Below are positions 1-6,991 of a DNA stretch of 30,831 nt, one piece after another. The translations under genes and the position numbers were made by a program. The DNA is taken from NCBI GenBank assembly GCA_009779455.1, contig WREG01000001.1:1-30831 (forward strand), given 5' to 3'. This stretch comes from Oscillospiraceae bacterium (GTDB taxonomy: Bacteria > Bacillota > Clostridia > Oscillospirales > Acutalibacteraceae). The notes beneath the pieces were generated by a model, which had not been told where the DNA came from, made no database searches, and saw only the letters and a list, made by a program, of their open reading frames with translations. How positions within the stretch are numbered: position 1 is the stretch's first letter; the number at the start of each line of letters is the position of its first letter.

Positions 1-2
1 TA

Positions 3-332
3 CCGTTTTTTATGAGGCTTGCGGGAGCGTCGGAGGTCGAAATAGGGGACGGCTTCGACGTTGACGGCGCGGTAAGGCTGGTCACGGGCGGCGCGGTGAT
101 CTTAATCCCCATGAGCGAGCTTGTGGATTTCGCCGCCGAGGCCGCAAGGCTCAGCAAAGAATTGAAGGACGCGGAAAAACAGCTTGAAAACATAAATTCC
201 AAGCTGTCGAACGAAGGTTTTTTGGCGAAAGCCCCCGAAAACGTTGTAACCGGCCAGAAGGAAGCGGCGGCAAGGCTGGAGGAGAAGATTTCGATGCTCA
301 GGGCCAATATTGATAAAATAAATTTGATTTAA
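3..332 (+). CDS. valS: Valyl-tRNA synthetase, C-terminal coiled-coil arm (5'-partial)
   Basis: Frame is open from the window edge. LIPMSELVDFAAEAARLSKEL...KLSNEGFLAKAPENVV matches the ValRS tRNA-binding arm, and folC follows downstream as in the usual valS-folC order. Confidence 0.93.
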   Translation, partial: PFFMRLAGASEVEIGDGFDVDGAVRLVTGGAVILIPMSELVDFAAEAARLSKELKDAEKQLENINSKLSNEGFLAKAPENVVTGQKEAAARLEEKISMLRANIDKINLI

Positions 333-348
333 GAAAGGGGCTGATTTT

Positions 349-627
349 ATGATGTATCCTTATATGACGCTTGCGGATGAAACAGGGATTGTGCATTCGC
401 ACTTGTTGGGGGAAGGCAACGAAAAATATGTTGAAGTCCATTTTGAACGGCCCAAGCCTTACGGGTTTGATTCCGCCAGATGCCGCCTGCCTTCTTATGA
501 ATGGGTCATGCGGGACGGTTTCACGGACGATGAAATAGCTATGTTTGAGCGTATGCTTCATGCCAACGCGCACTCTTTCTTTAAATACGCGGCGATTGGG
601 GGGATTGGCGTTGCCAAAGCTATTTAG
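349..627 (+). CDS. Conserved hypothetical protein (92 aa), probable partner/antitoxin of the downstream DUF4160-like gene
   Basis: SD AGAAAGGGG precedes ATG. MMYPYMTLADETGIVHS...GF.SARC.LPSYEW resembles small Clostridia proteins I recall upstream of DUF4160 genes. Overlaps the next gene by 17 nt. Confidence 0.7.
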   Translation: MMYPYMTLADETGIVHSHLLGEGNEKYVEVHFERPKPYGFDSARCRLPSYEWVMRDGFTDDEIAMFERMLHANAHSFFKYAAIGGIGVAKAI

Positions 628-889
628 GACAGGCCAATATGTGATTTTCTTTTGGCTGAATGAAAACGACGAGCCTGTTCGTGTCCATATCGGGATAGTG
701 AACCCTTCGCCAAACGCCACCAAAATATGGCTTACAAAGGGCGGGGGCTGTATTGCCGCCAACAACAAAAGCAGAATACCTCAAAAAGATTTAAATGAGC
801 TAATGGGAATTATCCAAGACAACTTTTTCTATATATGCAGCAAATGGAAAGAATACTTTAGAACTGACACAATCAAGTTTTATTGTTAG
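611..889 (+). CDS. DUF4160-like protein (putative type II toxin), 92 aa
   Basis: TTG start at 611, in frame with ORF 545..889 and preceded by GGGGG. MPKLFRTGQYVIFFWLNENDEPVRVHI...NATKIWLT fits the DUF4160 pattern (F/Y-W-x-N-E...EPxHVH...TKIW). Confidence 0.72.
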   Translation: MPKLFRTGQYVIFFWLNENDEPVRVHIGIVNPSPNATKIWLTKGGGCIAANNKSRIPQKDLNELMGIIQDNFFYICSKWKEYFRTDTIKFYC

Positions 890-933
890 GATGGAAATTT
901 ACGGGATCTTGCGCCAATTTAAAAAAAATATTC

Positions 934-962
934 TTGACATTTTATAAAAAACAGTATAATAT
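934..962 (+). promoter_or_regulatory. Sigma-A promoter for the putative antisense RNA
   Basis: TTGACA at 934-939, then TATAAT at 955-960 (15-nt spacer) or TAATAT at 957-962 (17-nt spacer). No ORF follows on +. Confidence 0.7.
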
Positions 963-965
963 ATA

Positions 966-1056
966 GGCAGAGGGCAATGCCGCATGAGCGGTTAGCCCGT
1001 TATGACTGGGTTAAAATAACCGCTACCATTGACGGGGGAGCGGCTATTTTCGTTTT
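966..1056 (+). ncRNA. Putative antisense antitoxin RNA of a type I TA locus (about 90 nt)
   Basis: Lies between a consensus promoter and a terminator-like hairpin (1013-1024/1039-1050 followed by CGTTTT). No ORF longer than 5 codons from its ATGs. It is complementary to the 3' end and 3' UTR of the peptide gene on the minus strand. Confidence 0.55.
1013..1056. terminator. Bidirectional intrinsic terminator
   Basis: AAAATAACCGCT (1013-1024) and AGCGGCTATTTT (1039-1050) form a 12-bp stem: fully paired with one G-U on the minus strand, one mismatch on plus. T-runs on both sides. Confidence 0.7.
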
Positions 1057-1118
1057 ATAATCAGTATGCATACAGTAGTAATATACACGATTAAGTATAG
1101 CATAACCAAATACTCCAC
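1044..1118 (-). CDS. Putative type I toxin / holin-like peptide, 24 aa: MEYLVMLYLIVYITTVCILIIKRK
   Basis: GTG start with SD GAAAGGGGGTGA close upstream. One hydrophobic helix and a KRK tail. TAG at 1046-1044 sits in the terminator arm. It has its own promoter and a convergent antisense unit. Below the ORF-track cutoff. Confidence 0.75.
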   Translation of the reverse strand: MEYLVMLYLIVYITTVCILIIKRK

Positions 1119-1200
1119 GGCCTCACCCCCTTTCGGGAAGATCAGCATAACCGCTCACGACTTAAAAGCCGCAAAATACAACAAAGCCCTCTTATGAATT

Positions 1201-1228
1201 ATTATATCACCAAAGAAAAAATTGCCAA
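1201..1228 (-). promoter_or_regulatory. Promoter of the toxin peptide mRNA
   Basis: Minus strand TTGGCA (1228-1223), 16 nt, TATAAT (1206-1201), with an extended TG. Confidence 0.6.
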
Positions 1229-1245
1229 TAAAAATAAATTTACCG

Positions 1246-1274
1246 TTGCAAAATTCCCGCCGCCATATTATAAT
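1246..1274 (+). promoter_or_regulatory. Sigma-A promoter of the RCC1-dockerin gene
   Basis: TTGCAA (1246-1251), 17 nt, TATAAT (1269-1274). Confidence 0.6.
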
Positions 1275-1310
1275 GGTAGCGGAATTTTATTTTGAAAGGG
1301 TTGGGTTTTT

Positions 1311-3062
1311 GTGAAAAAGGCGTTTAGGGGCTTGGTTTCGGTTGTTTTGGCGGTTATTATTTTGTTGGCCTGCCTTCCGCTGGCCGCAAAGGCAGAAAGC
1401 GCGGTTGATTTTGCCGCGGCGGATACTTTTGTCGCCGGGGGCGGGTTCAGCATGGCTGTCAAAGCCGACGGAACCCTTTGGGCTTGGGCCTGGGACGGGA
1501 ATGACGCCGGAAAACCGCAAACCGCTAATAAAAAACCGCCTTCTAAAACAACGCCGGTTAAAATAATGGACAATGTGAAAACTGTATATTCAAATAATTA
1601 TGAATGTTATGCCATAAAAAATGACGGAACACTTTGGTTAATTGAAACTATACTTTTAAGTCCCGTGCGCTTTGAAGTCCCGGTAAAGGTTGCGGATAAT
1701 GTGAAGTCTGTATCATTCGCTGACGGTAATACATTTATGATTAAAACAGACGATTCGTTTTGGGGGTGGGGCTACAATGAAGATGGCCGACTTGGTATCG
1801 GTACGACAGAATATCAGGAATCACCCGTTAAAATTATTGATGATGTTGTATCAGTTGCGCATGGAATCGGACCGGGATACGGAAGCTCGGCAGTAAGCAC
1901 ATTTGTCATAAAAGCGGACGGAACACTTTGGGCTTGGGGAAAAAATGGGTTTGGACGAATAGGCAACGGATCGATGACGGACGTTTATTCACCGGTTAAA
2001 ATAATGGATGATGTAATTTCGGTCAGCGCGGGAAACGCCCGTATAGCCGCAATTAAAACGGACGGAACGCTTTGGACATGGGGTTTTAGCTGGATTCAAA
2101 GAGAGGGTTATGTATTTACAGGTTACTGGATCGGTTCTTTGGGAGGCGCATCCGGCGCATCCGGCAGCGAAAGCATTGGCCGCCCCACCTATGGTGCCTC
2201 ATTACCCGTTAAACTTGCTGATGACGTAAGATTTGTAGATTCTGAGCATCATGTGTGTTACTACATAAAAAACGACAAAATATTGTGGTACTGGGGCGGC
2301 GGCGGGGTTCTTTCAAAAGCGGAAGAACCTGTAAAGTTTTTAGACAATGTTATATATGTGAACGGTACATCTTCAGGTTTACGCGGATTTGCTATTAAAT
2401 CAGACAATACTTTGTGGGCTTGGGGTGATTCATTATATGAGAATAATAGTGAATTATTTGACCCGACAAAAATTGCCGACAATGTTTTAGCTGTTTCAGA
2501 ATATTCATCTCCCAGTTCACATTTCTTGTTCCTTAAAACAGACGCATCCCTTTGGGGCGCGGGGCATCATCTAAGGGGTGAATATCAACCCGGCGCGGAT
2601 TCAACCCCTGTAAAGATTATGGACGGCGTGAAACTGCCGTCACAAAAACAACCTCCCGCTATGCCCGGCAACACCATCACGCTAAATGGCAAGACTGATG
2701 CTGCCTGGAATATTGCGACACTGAGCGAACAAATCGAACTTGACGGAGGCTATATAAAAGCTTTTGATAAAGACGGGTTTGAGATTAAAGGCAGCTATGT
2801 TGGAACAGGTGCGATAATGGGGCTTTATGACAGCGAAGATAAAAAAATTGAAAGCTATGCGTTGGTTGTTAAGGGCGATGTTGAAGGCGACGGATTGATT
2901 TCATCAAGTGACGCGCGGGCCGTTTTGCGTATAGTGGCTAGGATTGACACTCCAAACAAGCCTCAAAACTTAGCCGCCGACGTGAACGGCGACGGCTTTG
3001 TTGACGCGGCCGACGCACGGCTGATACTGCGCTATGTGGCGAAACTGATTGACAAATTTTAA
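1311..3062 (+). CDS. Secreted RCC1/BLIP-II-like beta-propeller repeat protein with C-terminal dockerin type I domain
   Basis: Signal peptide MKKAFRGLVSVVLAVIILLACLPLAAKA. Eight (I/V/L)KxDxxLWxWG-like repeats, several followed by PVKIMD. Duplicated Ca-binding dockerin motif GDVEGDGLISSSDAR...DVNGDGFVDAADARLILRY. Confidence 0.85.
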   Translation: MKKAFRGLVSVVLAVIILLACLPLAAKAESAVDFAAADTFVAGGGFSMAVKADGTLWAWAWDGNDAGKPQTANKKPPSKTTPVKIMDNVKTVYSNNYECYAIKNDGTLWLIETILLSPVRFEVPVKVADNVKSVSFADGNTFMIKTDDSFWGWGYNEDGRLGIGTTEYQESPVKIIDDVVSVAHGIGPGYGSSAVSTFVIKADGTLWAWGKNGFGRIGNGSMTDVYSPVKIMDDVISVSAGNARIAAIKTDGTLWTWGFSWIQREGYVFTGYWIGSLGGASGASGSESIGRPTYGASLPVKLADDVRFVDSEHHVCYYIKNDKILWYWGGGGVLSKAEEPVKFLDNVIYVNGTSSGLRGFAIKSDNTLWAWGDSLYENNSELFDPTKIADNVLAVSEYSSPSSHFLFLKTDASLWGAGHHLRGEYQPGADSTPVKIMDGVKLPSQKQPPAMPGNTITLNGKTDAAWNIATLSEQIELDGGYIKAFDKDGFEIKGSYVGTGAIMGLYDSEDKKIESYALVVKGDVEGDGLISSSDARAVLRIVARIDTPNKPQNLAADVNGDGFVDAADARLILRYVAKLIDKF

Positions 3063-3082
3063 ATAAAGGTAGGGGGATTCAT

Positions 3083-3247
3083 GTGAAAAAATTAAAATTG
3101 TATTTGGATAACTGCTGTTACAACAGGCCTTTTGACGATCAGACTCAAATTGATTACACAAAATGGCAGAGGACATTATATGACGGCATGGAAATCGAAG
3201 AAATAAGCGGCAGGGCCATGGAAATTTACAACAATGTATATAAATAA
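3083..3247 (+). pseudogene. 54-aa chimera of a PIN-domain toxin N-terminus and the C-terminus of its usual partner; remnant of a deleted TA operon
   Basis: SD AGGTAGGGGG, GTG start. Translation MKKLKLYLDNCCYNRPFDDQTQI|DYTKWQRTLYDGMEIEEISGRAMEIYNNVYK. YLDNCCYNRPFDDQ is a PIN beta1 signature I recognise. DYTKWQR...MEIEEISGRAME matches the tail of small partner proteins that usually follow such PIN genes. Confidence 0.68.
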
Positions 3248-4574
3248 ACAGGAACCCATAAATTTTTACCATTCATTGCTGAAATTCGGCGTCAATCCCG
3301 GCCTCGAAAGGATTAACGCCCTGTTGTCCCGCCTTGGCAGCCCCCATATTGGCGGGAATTTCGTCCATGTGGCGGGGACAAACGGCAAGGGCAGCGTCTG
3401 CGCGTTTTTGTCGAATATTTTAAAATGCGCCGGGTACAAAACGGGGCTGTTTATCTCGCCGTATATAATGGAATTCAACGAGCGCATACAGATAAACGGC
3501 GAAAATATCCCCGATGCCAAACTTGCGAAAATTACCGTAGAGATCAAAGCGGCGGTTGAAAATCTTAATAAAAAAAATATCTTCCCCACCGAATTCGAGG
3601 CGGTGACGGCGGCGGCAATGCTGTATTTTAAGCGGGAAAACTGCGATGTCGCCGTGCTTGAAACGGGGTTGGGGGGGCTGTTCGACTCCACCAACGTCAT
3701 AGAAGAGCCGCTCGTGTCGGTCATAACGTCGATATCCATGGACCACGCCGAAATTTTAGGGGGCACAAACGGACTCTCCCCTATTATAAATCGAGAGTCC
3801 GTTATAGAAAAGATAGCCGCCCAAAAATGCGGCATAATAAAACCCGGCCGCCCCGTAGTCACAAACAACAGCCAAGACGAAAAAGTTTTAAAAATCATCA
3901 AAAATACGGCAATGGAAAAGAATTCCCCCCTGCTTGTCGCGGCTACAAAAGGAAAACAAGCGTTAAAATCGACAATAGAGGGCAGTTTTTACAACCTTAA
4001 AACTCTCCACTCTCCACTCTCCACTCTCCACTTAAATATCCCCTTCCCGGGCAGGCATCAGCTTGAAAACGCCATTACCGCCGCCCAAGCGGTATGTGAA
4101 TTATGGAAAAACGGCTTTGACATAAAAGACAGCCACATAGAAGCAGGGATAGAAACCGCGAAAAACCCCGCGCGTATACAGATACTTCAAAAAAGCCCGC
4201 TTATAATCCTCGACGGCTCCCATAACGAAGGGTCTGCCGCCGCCCTTGCCGAAGCCATACGCGAAAATCTGGGCGGCAAAAGGCTTTTGGGGCTTATGGG
4301 CGTGATGAAAGACAAGGATTGCGATAAAATGCTTGAAAACCTGTTGCCCCTGTTTTCCGCCCTCATAACCACCCGGCCCGATAACCCGAGGGCGCTGGCG
4401 GCGGAGGAACTCAAAGCCGCCGCGTCATACTATATGCCCCCTGAAAATATTATACCCGTTGAAAACCCGGCGGACGCTTACAGTTACGCGCTGAAAGCCC
4501 TGCCGGGATTCGACGGGTTTATAATCTGCGGTTCCCTTTACCTCGCGGGGGATATTTTAAGAATTGAGAAATAA
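3234..4574 (+). CDS. folC: Bifunctional folylpolyglutamate synthase / dihydrofolate synthase
   Basis: HVAGTNGKGS P-loop, FISPYI, PTEFE, LETGLGG, DSTNVI, DH, HQLENA, ILDGSHN, ICGSLYL. Confidence 0.96.
   Translation: MYINKQEPINFYHSLLKFGVNPGLERINALLSRLGSPHIGGNFVHVAGTNGKGSVCAFLSNILKCAGYKTGLFISPYIMEFNERIQINGENIPDAKLAKITVEIKAAVENLNKKNIFPTEFEAVTAAAMLYFKRENCDVAVLETGLGGLFDSTNVIEEPLVSVITSISMDHAEILGGTNGLSPIINRESVIEKIAAQKCGIIKPGRPVVTNNSQDEKVLKIIKNTAMEKNSPLLVAATKGKQALKSTIEGSFYNLKTLHSPLSTLHLNIPFPGRHQLENAITAAQAVCELWKNGFDIKDSHIEAGIETAKNPARIQILQKSPLIILDGSHNEGSAAALAEAIRENLGGKRLLGLMGVMKDKDCDKMLENLLPLFSALITTRPDNPRALAAEELKAAASYYMPPENIIPVENPADAYSYALKALPGFDGFIICGSLYLAGDILRIEK
3768..3803. repeat. 36-bp palindromic element inserted in frame in folC
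   Basis: AACGGACTCTC (3768-3778), 14-nt loop, GAGAGTCCGTT (3793-3803): a perfect 11-bp inverted repeat spanning exactly 12 codons (NGLSPIINRESV). Confidence 0.85.
4002..4032 (+). repeat. Heptamer tandem repeat (ACTCTCC)x4 + ACT inside folC
   Basis: Read directly from the sequence. Encodes TLHSPLSTLH. Confidence 0.9.
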
Positions 4575-4586
4575 TCGCAATATGAT

Positions 4587-5078
4587 TTATTCTTTTTGGG
4601 CTTTTTTAGCTAATTTGTTGGTATTGATAGTCCCCCGGAACACCACGAAAAACTGGAACAAAAACTCCGTCAGGCCGTTTACCGCCATTGTGCCGATGAG
4701 AACGGCATATTCCATCCAGCGGGCGTTTGGGCGCAAACCCGTGAGCGCGTTGCCCCACCATATGGACGCGGGGGTAAAAACCGCGTAATATCCCAACACT
4801 TTCAACATGGCGGCGGGAACGTTCGTCGCGGATTTAAAAGTGTAGCGGCGGTTGATTGTGAACATCCATATTACAGACAGGGCCAGCGCTATAAAATAGC
4901 TCCATCCGTAGGGCTTCCCCGCGTCCCTGAAAATATTCAGCTCCGTCAGCAGCGTAAAAGAGCCGAATTCAATAGCCCCGGCTGAACCTGCGGCTGACAG
5001 ATATTTTACCGCCATCCATGTTTTTTCTTTGGCGGTAAATTCGGTTTGGCCTTGAAGCTTTTTATCTTTTGTTTTCAT
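4587..5078 (-). CDS. GtrA family membrane protein
   Basis: 163 aa, about four hydrophobic segments, GAIEFGSF, FTINRRYTFKS, FLFQFFVVF motifs. Confidence 0.82.
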   Translation of the reverse strand: MKTKDKKLQGQTEFTAKEKTWMAVKYLSAAGSAGAIEFGSFTLLTELNIFRDAGKPYGWSYFIALALSVIWMFTINRRYTFKSATNVPAAMLKVLGYYAVFTPASIWWGNALTGLRPNARWMEYAVLIGTMAVNGLTEFLFQFFVVFRGTINTNKLAKKAQKE

Positions 5079-5089
5079 TTCAAACCTTC

Positions 5090-5707
5090 TTATTTAATAT
5101 TCGATAAATAAAAATCCTTGATCCGCGCTAAAAATTCACGGGTATTATGATATGGCATATTCATATACGGCCTTAAATCGGACGAAACCCCGTAAACTTC
5201 TTCAATCCCCAAATGTTTCGCGATATATACCGCGCGGTAAAGGTGATAGCCCTGCGTCACAATAACGGCGGATTTTATATTTAAAACATTTTTCGCGCGA
5301 TGCATGGATTCAAAGGTGGAAAACCCCTCGCCGTCCAACATTATCGCATCTTCGTCCACGCCTTTATTAACGGCGTAGTTTTTCATAGTCGTTACTTCGT
5401 CATAGCCCTCTTTATTGCCTCCGTCGCCGCTCATTAAAAGCTTTTCCGCCGCGTTTGCGCTCCAAAGCCCCACGCCGCGCAGTATCCTGTCCTCCAGCAT
5501 ATGGCTGGGCACGTCCGGCGCGTGAACCCTCGCCCCCAGCACAAGTATATATTCCGCGCCCAGCCCGGCGGCTTCTTCCGCCTTGACAATATTTTTTTTC
5601 GCGCTCTTTATGACGATAAAATTAATGGCAAAAGGCGCGGCGGCGCAAATAGTGAAAATTACTGCGCATATTATTGTAATTATTTTTAATGTTTTCTTGT
5701 TCTTCAT
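5090..5707 (-). CDS. SanA/YdcF (DUF218) family protein
   Basis: N-terminal TM helix, LVLGARV, LEDRI, LLMSGD, YDEV..MKNY, GFSTFESM, VTQGYHLYRAVY. Confidence 0.85.
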   Translation of the reverse strand: MKNKKTLKIITIICAVIFTICAAAPFAINFIVIKSAKKNIVKAEEAAGLGAEYILVLGARVHAPDVPSHMLEDRILRGVGLWSANAAEKLLMSGDGGNKEGYDEVTTMKNYAVNKGVDEDAIMLDGEGFSTFESMHRAKNVLNIKSAVIVTQGYHLYRAVYIAKHLGIEEVYGVSSDLRPYMNMPYHNTREFLARIKDFYLSNIK

Positions 5708-5753
5708 AAAATATCAAATCATACGGTCGGACATAAAGCCCGCCACTGTGGCT

Positions 5754-5785
5754 CCTAATCCCTAGTCCCTATCCCCTAATCCCCC
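5754..5785. repeat. Heptamer tandem repeat CCTA(A/G/T)(T/C)C x4 over the prfB stop codon; G-tract-rich on the coding strand
   Basis: cctaatc cctagtc cctatcc cctaatc. The minus strand reads GGGGG-ATTA-GGGG-ATA-GGG-ACTA-GGG. Confidence 0.8.
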
Positions 5786-6888
5786 GAGGACGCCTGCATC
5801 TTCAGATACGCGTTGATAAACCCGTCCAGATCCCCGTCCATGACGGCGTTTATATTGCCGTTCTCGAAATTCGTCCTGTGGTCCTTCGCTAAAGTATATG
5901 GCATGAAAACATAGGAGCGGATCTGGCTCCCCCAGCCTATTTCCTTCTGGTCGCCTTTGATATCTTCAATTTTATCAAGGTGTTCGCGCTCTTTTATCTC
6001 AATAAGCTTCGATTTGAGCATAGTCAGCGCGACCTCCCTGTTCTGGTGCTGGCTGCGTTCCACCTGGCAGGAAGCGACAATGCCCGTGGGGATGTGCGTT
6101 AGCCGCACGGCCGACGAGGTTTTGTTTACCTTCTGCCCGCCCGCCCCGCTGGCGCGGTAAACGTCCATTTTGATATCCTCCGGCTTGATATCGACTTCTA
6201 TCGTGTCGTCGATCTCCGGCATGACCTCAAGGGACGCGAAAGAGGTGTGCCGCCTGCCCGACGAATCAAAGGGGGATATTCTCACAAGCCGGTGTATGCC
6301 CGTCTCGCTTTTCATAAAGCCGTAGGCATTTGTGCCTTCAATGAGGATAACGGCGGATTTAAGCCCCGCCTCGTCGCCGTCTAGGTAGTCGAGGGTGGAG
6401 GTTTTAAAGCCGTGCCGCTCGCCCCAGCGGTGGTACATCCTGAAAAGCATCAGCGCCCCGTCCTGCGCCTCGGTTCCGCCCGCACCCGCGTGGAAGGTGA
6501 GTATGGCGTTTTTTCCGTCATATTCGCCCGTTAAAAGAGTGGCTAAGGTCTGCGCTTCAAGCTCTTTTATAAAGCTTTCCGCGCCGCTTCCGCACTCTTC
6601 GAGCATGGTTTCGTCCTCTGCTTCATTCGCAAGCTCGATAAGCGTCAGGGTATCGTCAAAATTATTTTTAAGCGTATTATAGGCCGCAAGCTTGTTTTTT
6701 AATACGCTTATCCTTTGCAGAACCTTTTGGGAATTTTTAAGATCCCCCCAAAAGTTTTCGCCCGCCGTTTCCGTTTCAAGCGTCACTATTTCTTCCGACA
6801 TTTTTTCTATGCCCAAGGCCTCGCCCAAGTGCCGGAGCTTGTCTTTTTCCCCCAGCAGGGACAGCCTTAATTCTTCAAATTGTAACAT
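5776..6888 (-). CDS. prfB: Peptide chain release factor 2 (no programmed frameshift)
   Basis: SPF motif (RISPFD), GGQ motif (SGAGGQKVN), WGSQIRSYV. Start placed at ATG 6888 behind SD GGGAGGTG. One continuous frame. Confidence 0.96.
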   Translation of the reverse strand: MLQFEELRLSLLGEKDKLRHLGEALGIEKMSEEIVTLETETAGENFWGDLKNSQKVLQRISVLKNKLAAYNTLKNNFDDTLTLIELANEAEDETMLEECGSGAESFIKELEAQTLATLLTGEYDGKNAILTFHAGAGGTEAQDGALMLFRMYHRWGERHGFKTSTLDYLDGDEAGLKSAVILIEGTNAYGFMKSETGIHRLVRISPFDSSGRRHTSFASLEVMPEIDDTIEVDIKPEDIKMDVYRASGAGGQKVNKTSSAVRLTHIPTGIVASCQVERSQHQNREVALTMLKSKLIEIKEREHLDKIEDIKGDQKEIGWGSQIRSYVFMPYTLAKDHRTNFENGNINAVMDGDLDGFINAYLKMQASSGD

Positions 6889-6955
6889 ATATAACACCTC
6901 CCATTATAATTTAACATAAAAATATGCCGATGTCAAATATTTCACCGTGTTTTTA

Positions 6956-6984
6956 TTGACATTCAATGTGATTTTGTTTAAAAT
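6956..6984 (+). promoter_or_regulatory. Sigma-A promoter, divergent from prfB
   Basis: TTGACA (6956-6961), 17 nt, TAAAAT (6979-6984). Confidence 0.6.
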
Positions 6985-6991
6985 AATAGAT

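Noticed and set aside
1125-1142. TTCCCGAAAGGGGG resembling part of a SAM-III (SMK) riboswitch
   Set aside because: Only the SD-sequestering hairpin is present. The rest of the SMK box is missing and the downstream gene is not metK.
2145-2165. 9-bp tandem duplication GGCGCATCC x2 (GASGAS) in the RCC1 gene
   Set aside because: A simple in-frame slippage in a Gly/Ser loop, with no further copies.
2860-3062. Evidence of a cellulosome
   Set aside because: A single dockerin without a cohesin or scaffoldin in view is not enough. Dockerin-like domains occur widely in non-cellulosomal Clostridia.
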